A stretch of DNA of 61,734 nucleotides, the filler included, from Sphacelaria rigidula (Eukaryota): assembly GCA_964200075.2 (NCBI GenBank). It is 7 parts of 7 records of this genome, joined end to end, with 100 filler letters (N's around TTAATTAATTAA, not from the genome) between each part and the next. Parts side by side here need not be neighbours in the genome. Positions count along the whole stretch, not along the records: positions 35,338 to 44,070 come from CAXNAA020010242.1; positions 44,171 to 52,902 come from CAXNAA020010243.1; 5 more parts are not named here. One strand, 5' to 3'. Position 1 is the first letter of the stretch. Every line of letters starts with the position of its first letter. The position numbers and the translations under genes were made by a program. The notes under the pieces are model-generated. The model did no database searches, had not been told where the DNA came from, and saw only the letters and a list, made by a program, of their open reading frames with translations. Positions 38,760 through 51,280 of this stretch are shown piece after piece.

Positions 38760-41700
38760 ATAAAGTACTCAAGCTCCAAACCATCTCACCGTTGACCTTG
38801 TAACAACCGTAAGCTCACCGCACGTGGGGAGACAGTCCAACGCAGTACAGCACACGTCGATCGTCAGGATATCCTTGATCACAGCTTCAGGTGATTCGAC
38901 TCTTTTTCTTCCTTGGTGGTGTTGATAGCCAGAGTCTTCTCGAGAAGTTCTGAACACCAGGGCGTCCTAGCATTGCACCGATTCTTAGAAAGAATCGGAT
39001 TTAACCAGATGTAAGAGATATGTTTATGTACTCCGTATCTTGACGGATTACTTCATATCCTCACCCCTGACCGCAGGTACTAGCCAGTTCCCGCGATCAG
39101 CCCTCCGGGCGCGTATCTTCGTTCCGAATCAACGGCCCATCATTGTACTGTTCCCCTTCCACCGCATCACGCCGCTATCCATAACAGAGCCCCATGGGCT
39201 GGCTCTTTGTTCAATTATTCCGTCTTTTCCATCTCCTGCACACAGTTGTCGATGACTTATTGGATTCTGGGGTTGGCTCTGTACGGGGCCCGATCGATGG
39301 CTCCGTGCCCGGGACCAGGGGAAAAGTTGCTTCCCCAATTGTACAACAACCTAGTTCACGCTGTGACAGCGAGAAGACGGACCTATATTTGATGCATAAG
39401 TCGAGCACTTGGCTCTTCTGATTTTCAGAAAATGTGCTATATTTAAATGCATTTTGCAGCGCTGTTGTCAATTCTTCTCATGCGTCAGTATTTTTCTGTT
39501 CAACTTATGAAATTGCACTGACGTTTTCCGTCGGGTTATTTATTTCAACGTGTGAATTTTCACCGACGTTTCTCGTCGGATCATTTTTTTCGACTTGAGA
39601 GATGTATCCCAAAAGCAAATTTCTTGGGAGTTAAACGTGTCGATTCGACGGATTCGCTACTTGTACCTTAGCTGTTTTGTTGACCGCTGACCAGGTGCAG
39701 GCTGTGCGTGCTACAACGAGGCGGCTAAAAGCATCCGGTACGTTGTTGGATTGGAAGTCTTCATTCGTTACAATTCGTGGCTCAATGACCGCTTCAGTTG
39801 TAACGTTTGGCGGCTCATTTGTTTCGACAAGAAGAGCCATCTCACTTCGAGGTGGGACGGAGCATCTCTTTGAGAGATCTACCGGTACATTTTCAGCCGA
39901 TGCTACCCGTATGACAGAACAATAATTATATTCCGAAACCGTCGGGTGAACGTTTCTATCTTTTCTTCTATGAGTAGCTGTAAGGCGAACTGATTAACTA
40001 CGAAACGTCAAGGGTTTCGCCTGCCAATCGAGAATCCCGCCAAATGCGTTCATCACTGAGTTTTCTATCAGCATAAGATCTGGCCCGAGATTCCTGAGGA
40101 CAAATGCTTCGACGGGCAAGGTCACGTCACCCAGCGTGAGGTCAAAGCGAATGAATCCCTTTATCGTGATTGGTGAACCGTCAGCACTTCTTAGATCAAT
40201 AGAACGCGATGAGGCTGATTGAATATCCTGCTCTCTCAAAGTAGGATGTACACGAATGAACTTGAAACTGACGATGGGAAGATCCGAAGTAGTATCAATG
40301 GTCATGGCCGGAACCTCCATTTCGTTGACTCTGGCGGGAACCTGCACCCTTGCTGATACAGGTCGTAACGTTGCCAGCTCCCTAGGGTAGCGGGCCAACA
40401 AAGACATGAAGAAAGGCTCGAGTTCTGCCGATGGGGGCAAAAATTTGGATCTGTGCTTTTCTTTAGTTTTTAGAGACGTCTTGGTTACAAAAGCAGCTTG
40501 GGGGGCGATCTCCAGGTGATGATGCCTCCCACATAACATCTCATCTTGACCTGTTTTATTCTCCACTTGCTCTTGTGTTCTAGCCTTTGCAACCGTAACC
40601 CCTTTCCCATGTACTCTCTTACATGATCTCACAGAAGAAGCTACGCCTTGGCTACCAAACCGCACTCGTTTCTTGCCCTTTCTATCTCCCACCAGAGGAT
40701 CGGCACCCATTTCGTGGTGCACAATATTTTCTCTCGATTTTCTGTATTTCTGCGTCACGCTTGCTACCTTGAAAAACTTCTCCGACAGACTGTACGGTAG
40801 TTGCTCGTTTCCCTTGTACACGTGTCCCTTCGCTGGGCGAGGGCCCCTGCTCTGGGCACCATCAAACACCTAAAGTTGACAGTTGCTCTTTATGCTTCTT
40901 TGCCAGTTGACAGTCCTCTATGGAGTTATTGTGTTTGAACCTGCACGGTTTGTATGTGCAACGCTCGTGCTTTTTCCTTGATTGACTATCATTTTTTCCA
41001 CCCCCTCTACTCTCTGACCGACTACGTTTTGCGGTCTCACTGGGAGAAGGTGATGGGCCAGTTTTGTCCCCGGTGTGTGAAGAACGTTCTTTCGATCTTC
41101 CCCGGTCTCCGCCAGCCCACCGCTTCTCTCTCAAGAATTTCTCAATTTGCTGCCCTTGGTCAGCGACGGTTTCCGCGAGCTAAGAGGAGTTGTGCACAGC
41201 GAGAGATGAAACGTGGGGCGGAGAGGGATTAGAAATTTCGGGCTGAGTCCCGCGCAGATTGTTGGTTTTGTGTTTTATGGTGCGGGCTCTGGCAATTTGA
41301 AAGCTATGAGTTGGATCTTCTCGTACGGTTTCAACCCTGATATGTGGCGGCAGTCCTCCCTCAAAAGCAGCCGTTTGGCTGGCTTCCCGTGCGAAGCTAA
41401 CTGGGTCCCTACCATGTGGCGTGACTCGTGCGGCTTCTGCGTAAAAACGAGAGTGTGCCTTGGACACTTCTAGCGCGTAGGAGTCTACAGTGTGGTGATC
41501 CTTAAATTTGAGCTCCGCTGTAGCCCGGGCGAGGTGTGCTATGCCATTAGGTGGACAGTATAAATTCGTATAAGCATCGACCCACTCGTCCCATGATGCG
41601 GGGGCCCTGGTAGATACTTCACCTCCTTGTGCCCGAAGGGCTTCGACATTCGCGTCTGTCCGCCATTCCGAAGTACCGGTTACGAGATCCGTGTACGCGT

Positions 41701-42850
41701 CGAGTGCTGTGTTCCTCAGTAAGAGCTGTAAATGCTTGATGCATCGGCGATCGATTTCTTCTCGCGTGTATTGATCCTGCGAGTTAATTTCAACTTGGAA
41801 CCGGTACTGTCGCATTATCGTTGGAATGTCTTCGGTTGGTAATCCTCTCAGAACCATGTTAGAAGCGAGATCGTTTCGTTCGAGCGTGAACCGAGGAGTT
41901 TGTACTATATTGTCGATAGTACTTGACCAATTTTGGTTGTCATGCGAGGGGGTCAGATGTTGTGCCCCTTGTGGTGAAAAATTTCTGCCAGGCATGTGAG
42001 GTAATGCATGAGGACTACTGATCACCTGTTGGTTCGTAGGGGACGCGTAACCTACGTTGCTCGGGTTAACTTGGGCGGAAGTCGGCGAGGTTTGAGAGTT
42101 TGTGCCGGGCAATGATTTGGTGCAGTGACTTGATTTACTACATTATTCGTCGCCAGGGACGATCGAGGTGGCGTGGTTGGTGCCTATACCCTACGAGAGC
42201 TTGGCGGCGTCGTGTCATTAGTTGCATGATTACCGCGACGTAAATGTATCGAACCACCCCTCACTACTTCTACCTCTAGGTTTGGCTGTTCTACTGTCGC
42301 CCCATTGTTCACCTAGTGTACTTGTTGAACCACATGTTGGGAGGAGTCCAGCATCCCCAGCGCTCGCAAAGCCCACTGAGGAGGGTCCGTCCCTTTGTCG
42401 AAGTGCAGTTCGACGGTTTTCAAGGCTACCGGTAGAGCTGCCTCTTTGATGTGCCCCGGTACTGGATCGGAAAACGTGACGGCTTTAGATGAAGGGGTCC
42501 TGCCCACGTTTTCGGGATCCGTGTCGCCGATGTCGGAGCTGCTTTCATCCTCCTCGCGGAGGAGAGAAAAGCGGTTGCCACGGTCGCTGGTGGCGTTGCC
42601 GGCCTGGGGGCGTTTTCTCCCCTCAGGGTCGCGCGCCCTCTTTTTGTCTTTGTCTGGTTTTCTCCGAGGGGGACAAGAACCCCGGGCTTGGACGAGGAGG
42701 AGGGGGCCGCGGGCGGAGCCGCTGATTTTCCGGAACCGGTGCCTGTGCTACTTGAGCAAACGTCGGCTGGGAAGGAGACGACGAAGGCGCGCCTGCGCCC
42801 GTTGACCTGCCGCTGTTGTTTGCGCTGTTTTTGTTGCTGTTCCTCCCCAT
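38760..42850 (-). mobile_element. Degenerate Ty3/gypsy-like LTR retrotransposon: gag, protease, truncated RT, RNase H fragment
   Basis: Gag-like ORF 41180-42112 plus a knuckle-like CTYKPCRFKHNNSIEDC (40862-41134). Protease-like MTIDTTSDLPIVS...L.SADG...I.G (39994-40330). RT start YRSVFS...LGCC...GIIEQRASPWGS (39170-39470). No YxDD core, integrase or LTR pair recognised. Confidence 0.75.
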
Positions 42851-43460
42851 GATAAATGATGTATAACAGGGTGGAAAAGGAAATATCCGAGGGTCTCGCA
42901 CACTTGTCTGTAACTGGTATTCGCCAATGTGGAAGTCGTGACACTCCCGGTGACGGTAGAAACCGTCGAAGGTGGCCGATGATTTTCCTCGGGTTATGTA
43001 GTCGAGGATTGACCGTAAGTCGTGGGGTTGAGGCAAAGTGGATCACTCGGGGAAGCTCGACGAGCGCGAGCGAGTTAGCCCGATGACAAGGTCTAAGGGT
43101 CTAGGTCAAGAGTAATCCCCAGGGATAGCCAGCGGTTCGCTGCGAAGATCACTGTTACCTTGGGGTCCCAAATCCGGCTGTACATATATGGAAGTTTCGG
43201 CGCTCCTGCAAACGTACCCCTGTAACAGCCGTTCACTAGATTACGCGTCATAAAATGAAATCTCTCCGCACATGCCCAAACGGCGATCTCAACAGATGAA
43301 CCCTTTTGGGACCGACCCCCCACTAACACAGGGTTAACCCTGTGCTAGTGAAATAATTAAAAATAAATTTTCGAGAAACCTGCCCGATCACGGCGAGACG
43401 AAATTTATCGACCAGACCGGAACGACCAGCGCGGGGATTGTTGGCGAATGTGATGCCACT

Positions 43461-43700
43461 CACGGTTAGGACGAATCATCACGACTATGAATCGCCAAAT
43501 CCACGATTTCTTCGGCCTGATCGCCCAACAGGGAGAAAAAAGTTGACCGCTGATCCAAGGGGAATCCACGCAACGTTTGCGCCAATTCACGTGTCTGGGC
43601 TGCGTGTACCTGGGTTGTAACGCTGAAAACGAAGCCTAGGGATTGATTCGTACGATTCGAATCAATAATACTAAAACTAAGTAATTTCCAGACGAATCAG
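43461..43700 (+). mobile_element. End fragment of a DNA transposon starting with the hAT TIR CACGGTTAGGACGA; second copy at 46184-46420 (-)
   Basis: Same terminal 14-mer as 31625. About 230-bp homology with the reverse complement of 46184-46420. Confidence 0.7.
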
Positions 43701-44259
43701 TATTTGTCCGATCCTTGATGCCACTACAAAGATCGTGTGGGGACCCTATCCCTGGCCCAGATAAGCCTTCGCCGGTTTCCAAGCGCAGGGCGGTCGGAGC
43801 TTGGTTATATTATATGACTTGCACTCAGTATACCATTCCCGAGTTTTCCGGTGGGTTTTATGGGTCTCAATTCCCTACTAAATATATAGTCATTTACACT
43901 AACACAGGGTCGACCGGAAAAGCCGGGAAGGAGTGTACATGCTACCATGTGGTCATTTCGTTGAGGCATAAAACCCAGGTGGGCTGTGGAAAGACAAGAG
44001 GAGCTACCGAAATAAATTCTGCGTATCCCTCTGCCGATGACTTGCAGTGTGCAGTCAACATGTATGTAGTNNNNNNNNNNNNNNNNNNNNNNNNNNNNNN
44101 NNNNNNNNNNNNNNTTAATTAATTAANNNNNNNNNNNNNNNNNNNNNNNNNNNNNNNNNNNNNNNNNNNNCATCCTTTCAGAATAGTCTCGAGATTCCCC
44201 TCCCCTCCCCTCCCAGAAAGAAGCACGTGTACCCGACAAGCACCAGAAGTTTTTTCATT

Positions 44260-44480
44260 TCTTTCATGAGTTGAGGGCAATAATCAGTTTTCAGGCTTCA
44301 GTAAAATGCCTTCAACTCAATAAAAAATAAAAATAAGCTTTTGGTGCTGCTGTAATTCTTCTCATGACCTTTTCATTGTCCATACCAAATTTCAGTGTCC
44401 AACTCCATATCTGGCGGGAGCATGGGCCTGCAAACTTCAAATCCGCCTCTAGGCTGGCCCAGCTCGTAGGATTTTTTTCC
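44260..44480 (+). repeat. Dispersed repeat, also at about 54050-54250
   Basis: Shared TTGTCCATACCAA.TTTCAGTGTCCAACTCCA...GGCCTGCAAACT.CA.ATCCGC..CTAGGCTGGCCCAGCTCGTA. Confidence 0.8.
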
Positions 44481-45830
44481 ACATGATAAAGTGCTCAATA
44501 AAGCCATTTTGGGTCGACTTGGATGAGGTAGCGTCCATTATTTTGGGCCTCATCTGCCGCTACAAGATGCAACGCACAGTGGACGCAAATTGGCCGTGCA
44601 AATAGATGCGTTTAGCTTGATTGAGCAAGCATCGCAGGGCAATGTGGCGTTTGTCTGGTCTCGTTCTTGTCGTGAAAGTGTGATATGCACTGTATTGTCG
44701 GAGCTCATAAATGTAAGTTAGCCTTACTCGGCTCCGAACGTATGCGACGAATTCAAGTTTCATCGTCACAATTTTCTTTGCTCCATTTATGTGTGGAATT
44801 GAGTCATCCCACCCACCACCCCCCCCAAAAAACTCCAGGATTCAACAGAGGGGCATGAGGTCTCGGATTTCTTCTGGCGCACTCTCGAGAGATGCGAAGA
44901 CGAAAAAAAAACAAGACAACAAGAGATGGCCGCGGCCTCTGCCATGTGGCTTCGGTGGAAAGGTCTTGCGAAGAAATCACGCCGCACTGAATCGACAGAA
45001 GGAAGGTTCGGCATGAAGTAAAAAATGTGCCCTCACCCTCCCGGGCGCACTTCCTCGAGGTCGTATCCTGTATGGTATGCCGCCCGAATATTTACCGAAG
45101 TATAGAAGAGGTGTTATTCTCGGTAAAATATACAGCATGTACCCTTCCGAACCATACCGGACTATTGAGAACAAGGCCCGATGATGCAGCCGGACCATTT
45201 GGGAATATTTTGTACAATTCTTGGTGTAGTGTTTCAACCAAAAAAACAGAGATACAACCTCGGGTCTCTCCGGCCTCGTGCGTGTACAAGTCGTCTTTTC
45301 CCAAATACCTGTAATACTCGTAGCGGTCAGAAAACACCCCCAGCGTGCAAACGCCCCCCACATGTGCACTGCTGCCGCTGCCGCTTGCCGAAAACATGAC
45401 GGACTCGTAAAGCATTTCTCCCGCACAAGTTGCATCGGTCGCCGCGAAAATCTGCGCGGTTCATGCATGCGTTTTGAAGCAGTTCAAGCTCGGGCACCCG
45501 TGTTTTATACATCGACGTTGTCGGGGAGTGGCCCTCTTCGACTGTACGTGCTTCAGTTTTCTCGCCGTCTTTTCCCATCTCATAATGGTGGCGATCACGA
45601 TGTTACTCTCTTTTCCATCTCTCGTGTTTAATTTTAGCAACGTGAAAAAATGAACACGGCTTCCACTCAACTGCGGAATCATCATGATCATCATGACCAC
45701 CATCCTCATTATCCATTATTAAACCAAAGATGTGCTACTGATGTTGACAACCGGAATGATTATATGGTAGGAAAAAAAAAATACTCGCTTGAAGAACACC
45801 GAGGGCCAAGGCGAGGCAAGGACGCTGCAC

Positions 45831-47531
45831 CTGGGAAAACACAGACCCGTCCGTCATACAGGTACTGAGAGCATTTAGCCTCCCGGTCGAGAGGAACGAT
45901 CTGTCGCATTCACCGGTTCCCGCACCGAACGCCGATCCTGCCACCACGTGGGCCTCCCCCGTCCTCTCCGTGCAGAACTTGTCGTTGAACGGAGTCCCCA
46001 CGAAGTTGAACACCGTCGGCTCCACCGAGGCACTCGGAGCTACGTACCACGAAACGCAGCGGGCGAAAGAGCATTGGAGGGGGGGGGGGGGGGGGAAAGC
46101 TTTTAACTCATCACATTTCTACTTCCGCAGGACGAGCGTTTTCAGGAGAACAAGCCTCCCTCGGTTACAAGGGTCGGACAGGTGATGATTCGTCTGAAAA
46201 TTACTCAGTTTTAGTATTATGAGTCGACTCGTGACGAATCAATCCTCAGGCTTTCTTTCAGCGTTGCAACCCAGGTACAAGCAGCCCAGACACGTGGAAT
46301 GGCGCAAGAGTTGCCTGGGTACCCCTTGAACCAGCCATCAACTCTTTTCTTCCTCTTGAGATCAGGCCGACGAAATCGTGAATTTGGTCATCTTGAGTCG
46401 TGATGATTCGTCTCAAGCACGGAAAGTTACTCAGGTCGGACACAGATCATTATCCGTCTTAAATGATCCTCATAGTACCGAGACGGATCATGATCCGGAT
46501 CATCTGGGCCCCTTTTCCCATGTTTGCTTGTTCCAGCGCCGTATGCTGTGCACGCCGACTCGCGCAAGGGTTGCGTTTTCCCTCTTTCAATAGCGGTAAC
46601 ATGTTGTGTGTTTTTCGACCAATGGAATCGAGATTCTCCCTTCATGAGTTGTTCCAGACAGATCGTGATCTATTCGACGTGTGGAAGCTAATATGAACGG
46701 CTCCCGACCGTACAAATCAAGTCATCCACATCCTAGATAACATTAGGTCAGAGATCGCAGCAGAAAAAAGTACACAGCGAAGAGTATTGCTTTTTGCATC
46801 TTCGGACACTGTCAAGTGCGTAAAATGATCACATGTTCGGGCTCCAGTTGCTCGTGATACGATTTTCTGTATCACGCAGCACAACCCTCAAAAAGTTCTC
46901 GATTGGGGCAGTTGGGAAGGCCAGACCGAGGAACACTACATGTTTCCGTGGGGCGAGAAATCAACTCTGAAGATTTTGACACTTCAAAAATCGCGTCCAC
47001 AGGAGTGGTGCCGACGTTGTCTCATGGATCCCGAACGGACCGCGGTTGACTCCGTCGGGATCATTTTTCATGTGTTCCAAGTACTGCAGTCACGTCCCGA
47101 ACAGCTCTCACCCCCAGTGAACACAACCTCCAGCTACCTCATCTCGAAAGGGATGCGTGGACCTTGATCAAATGATGAAGGTCAGCAACAAATGATACGT
47201 TTCACCTCCCCCCCCATCCCAAAAACAACACTGGGCCGGCATGCCTCAGAGTGGGCACACCAACAACCTTGGCTTTCCCCATGTTCGCCGTAGTGGACGG
47301 AGAGGTACTCACTGGTATCCGTACAATCCGAGCTGGACGATCCTGAGCCACCGGGCGTGTCCACTGATCCCCCATCTTCCAGTGTCACGCAATCGGACTC
47401 TGAGGCAGTAGTGTAAAGCTGCTGGTTGCACTCCGTGTCCACGTACGTCTGGACAGTCGTGGTGCCGTCCAGTGGGTTGCATGTCGTGATCGCTCCCGTG
47501 CTCCCTCGTGCATAACACACGTTGAACGGTG
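45831..47531 (-). CDS. Two exons (47531-47313, 46039-45831) of a Cys/Thr/Gly-rich, probably extracellular protein
   Basis: ACAG and GTAG acceptors, GTGAGT donor. The phase-1 junction joins in frame: ...PFNVCYARGSTGAITTCNPLDG...DCTDT|TPSASVEPTVFNFVGTPFNDKFCTE...LSTCMTDGSVFSQ. Confidence 0.7.
47141..47220 (+). mobile_element. Diverged copy of the poly(C)-ended short element (intronic)
   Basis: TCTCGAAAGGGATGCGTGG...AGCAACAAATGA...C-run. Confidence 0.7.
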
Positions 47532-47749
47532 CTGTGTTTTTGATTTCGTGCGAGCAGAGCCGAGTATGAGTGATGGGGAGAAAGGGGGAGAAAGGTGGGA
47601 TGGGAGGTCACGGCTGCATCGCTGGTCAAGGTACGGCTGCATCAGTGGTGATATTTCTTCAGTCGTGCGCAACCGGTCAATCTTCAAAGTTCGACTGACT
47701 TTCACAAACTCAATGATGAATCAAAAGTGAAAGCTGAACACATGCCCAC

Positions 47750-50700
47750 ATGAAAAAAACAAGGACGACGTCATGGATGCATAAATCTCGACCTCTTCAG
47801 GCCGGAACTCATCGAGACAAGAAAAAAGAAGAGTATGACCAAACAGGCGTGCAATGTCGGCATGTTGATTAGTCGACGCAACCGTAAACCTACCCGGCAA
47901 ATTATGTGCATGCTGCTTTTGGACGCTCGTTTCGTTTCGTGCTCCTTCTTGCCTCGACAGCATGAGGCGTCCGGGATTGTCTTTGCAGGACCCAAAATAT
48001 TTTTTGCCAAATTTTTCCCCGTTATTTCCGGTCCGAGGTGCATAGATACGCTTTGGCCTGAACCACAGTGCACAGGCTGAAGGGCATGTCCACTGCGGGT
48101 TTACATCAAAATTTTACTTTTACGCGTGTTGCCTGTACGGTCATTTCTCCCAAAAGGTTTGAGTTGATAAGCTTTTGTTCAACGCCATCTCTGTCTCGAG
48201 ACGCGATTTGCGATGCATTTGTCATTGGGTCCAAGATGGACACCATCAACGTTAAACCCCATAATCGGCCCAGCATCCGGGCTCCATATAGCACAGTAGC
48301 AAACGCACAACTTCCTCAAACAAGTGGGTCATTTGATTATCTCCCGTGCCCACCCTCGAGTACACGTGGGTCAGCCCGAGAATCTGGGGGCGTGGTTCCC
48401 ACCGAGAATCTACACTGCAAGGTTGTGCTCTCTAGCTTTCTCAAGAACGCACTCATCATGGGAGTACTTAGCTCATTCGTCGTGTGAGGTTGCGAAATGG
48501 CAGCCACATAAGTCCCTCAGCTGAGTTCACCCCAAAATGTCGGGAAAGGGTCGCGGTTGATACTCGTTTCAGCGCGAAAATCAACCCTCAGATATTTTGG
48601 AAGCCAACAGTCTCATGTGCTGGCCAGCGGGCGCTGCACGAGTATTTGCCCAAGTACGCTTTACAGGCCGGGATCCAAGTCGAGTGCCCCGAAACACCGT
48701 CAGCTGCGTAGACCCGTAGACATCCCTTGCGCAGGGATTTGAGCCATGTATGTCGTGGATTGAGGTTCGAGGTCCAGTTCAGGGCTACATCGAGGAGTCG
48801 AACGAATTCATGTCCATCGTGAATTTTGGAACAAGGGGCGACGGAAAAAAATGTCCATCTTCCAAATTTTGGCACGAATATACTGAAACTACTTGTCGCA
48901 ATGTGGTTACGGAAAGTATTCGGAATGGCTCATCATCTTCTTGGGGGGGGGGGGGAGAGACCCCGCTTCTCATCCTGAAGAATAGGCTTCAGCCACAACG
49001 ATGATGTCGGTTCCCGTTCAGGAGTAGGGGAGTTTTTTTTAGCTCCTTGCACCAATAACGTCCTCATGACCGGCAAAACGTCATCAATTCCGCCGAGTAC
49101 GGATTTTTGTGGTTCTGTGGTACTTTCGTTTTCGAGCTACACCTCTGATCAAATAATGTCAAAAGTGGGAGCGAGCATCCGGCATGTAGTGATTCCTAGA
49201 TCGGCACTGTGAAGCCTGCTCACTACTCGGTAAGGCATGTCGCTGATGATGTTTCCACGCGTCAGACAGCTCATGAGCTTATAGAAATAATTCATGGAAG
49301 AAGAATCTCGGGTCCCTGGTTTTAAAAACATTCAACACACATGACAGCAGGGTCCGAGGAGCGAAGTGAAAAACACATGATGTCAGGGTCCGACGAGCCA
49401 AAGCGGAATTTTTGCGCGTGCTCGGCGTCCAGCGCCGCCTCAAGAAAATATTGGAGAAGTGCTCAAGTGAGCCATCTCATGATCCGGGTCAGTGAATTAG
49501 TGAGGAGAAATATTGAGGTACCTCACCGTGTGGATGTTTCGCGATGTGCTGTGTATTCCTCCATGTTGGTGGTTCGAAGTGTTCTTGCGTAATTCTGCCG
49601 GCGGACATGGTTGGAGCTGAAGTGCAAACTCGACAGATTCCAGGAATCTACAGTCAGACGGAAAAATTTGGGCGGCGAATGAACAACCACACCATACCGT
49701 GCAGCAACACCGCCTTATTTTACGTCAAGTCTAGCTGCTGAAGCATGCCGGTCTTCGACACTACAGTAGGCATGCAGTTTTGTCATTCAGGGGTGCTGTC
49801 AAGTTGGGGTTGTTCGCGAGCCCGCTTCATGATCGGCGGGGGAATAAGTGTCGACGCCGAGCGATTTGTTCAGGGGTTTGCCCGGGGCAAAAATTGTTGA
49901 CGATTTTTCGTCAACTGGCGAATAAATTCCTCGATGAGACGATACGAGAACTGTTGTCCGTGTTGGTGTGTATGAGCACGACGCGTTCATGGAAACAGAG
50001 CTGTTTCTTCAAAGCAGGCACCCGTGGACGTTGGAGCGCTTCTGGGGTAAAGGGTGCCTCGGTATGATATTGACTGCTTGGTACGTGTGTCTGGGTAAAT
50101 TCCTACTTCAGCACGCGAAATACTCCCTCATCTTGTACTGTAGTAACAGAGATCTGTACCCACGTATAGAGCGCCAACCCGCAAATCATGGACGTTCTTG
50201 GCCTTACAGTAGGCAGTGGACTGAACCGGCCGCGCAATGACTGAGAACGTGTGTGGAGCAACGGCTGCGCGGGAAAATATGCCGAGCGCATAGTTCAACA
50301 CCGGGGGGGAAAAGGGGGGGGCTGCATCGGAGGGTATTTCGAGATGCATGCACTCAACGTGTAGCGTACTGCACAATTCAGGGGCAGGAGGTGCGATATT
50401 GTAGACAGGGCTAGCGTGTGGCGCTTCTCCCCCACACGTACAAGCATGCATCCGTTCCTGGCCTGGTCGTCTTTTCACGGGTGTGTGAGCGCAACCAATG
50501 TACAATATACAACGTATGACTATATGCCGACTGGCTCCAGGGTTGGAGGGTCCTGTTTATTTTTCTGTCGTGTCTAGTCGGTCATGATATGCGTGCCACA
50601 CACACAACAGACAGCCCATCTCATAGCTTCGCTTTCCCTCATCACGTCATGAACGACAAACAACCAGTGAATGCTGAGGCGATAGAAGCCACACAGTAGG

Positions 50701-51280
50701 AGATATAAAATTGCTTCGCAGCGAAATGTTGGGTCCTGCACTGCGCCGTTCAAAAATGGGTGCATCATACTAGCCACTAGCCTGCGTAGGTTATGCCGCG
50801 CGCGCCACTTTGAGACAAAAATCACCAACGGCAAAAATAGCTCTGTGACTGAAACATCGCAATACCGAGACTCCCAGTGGCAGAATATCGCACAAGCGAG
50901 AACCCATGGGGTAGGCACGCGGGAGGGCAATAGGGCAATGTCGAGTATTGCGTGTCTACTGAACTTTAGCAACTAACCTTCTGTGGTATTGCCAGCAGCA
51001 TCTATCGAGCTGGCCGAGTAGTAGAATACTCGAAGGGTCTCCAAGGAGCAAGCACTGTCCTCGTAGAAAATTGATCGCCGCGCTGTGCCTCGCACAGGTC
51101 GCACCAGCAATAAAAACTGGACGAAGCAACAACAAAGCGCTGCATTCCGTCTTCGCATTGTCTTTGTTGCTGTACTCGCCATGTTTCTGTACTATGGGTG
51201 TTTGGTGTCCGCCGTAATATGCACAGCCGTGTGCTTCGTGGTGGCGGCTGCGCACAAACCGCCGCGAAAAATGTTGTAAG
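47750..51280 (-). pseudogene. Long decayed intron-poor coding relic, possibly a CxC/KDZ-type transposon
   Basis: Chains of stop-interrupted frames, e.g. LLKFSRHAILDIALL..TPW...WESRY...DPTFRCEA and NVDGVHLG. Only loose resemblance by eye. Confidence 0.2.
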
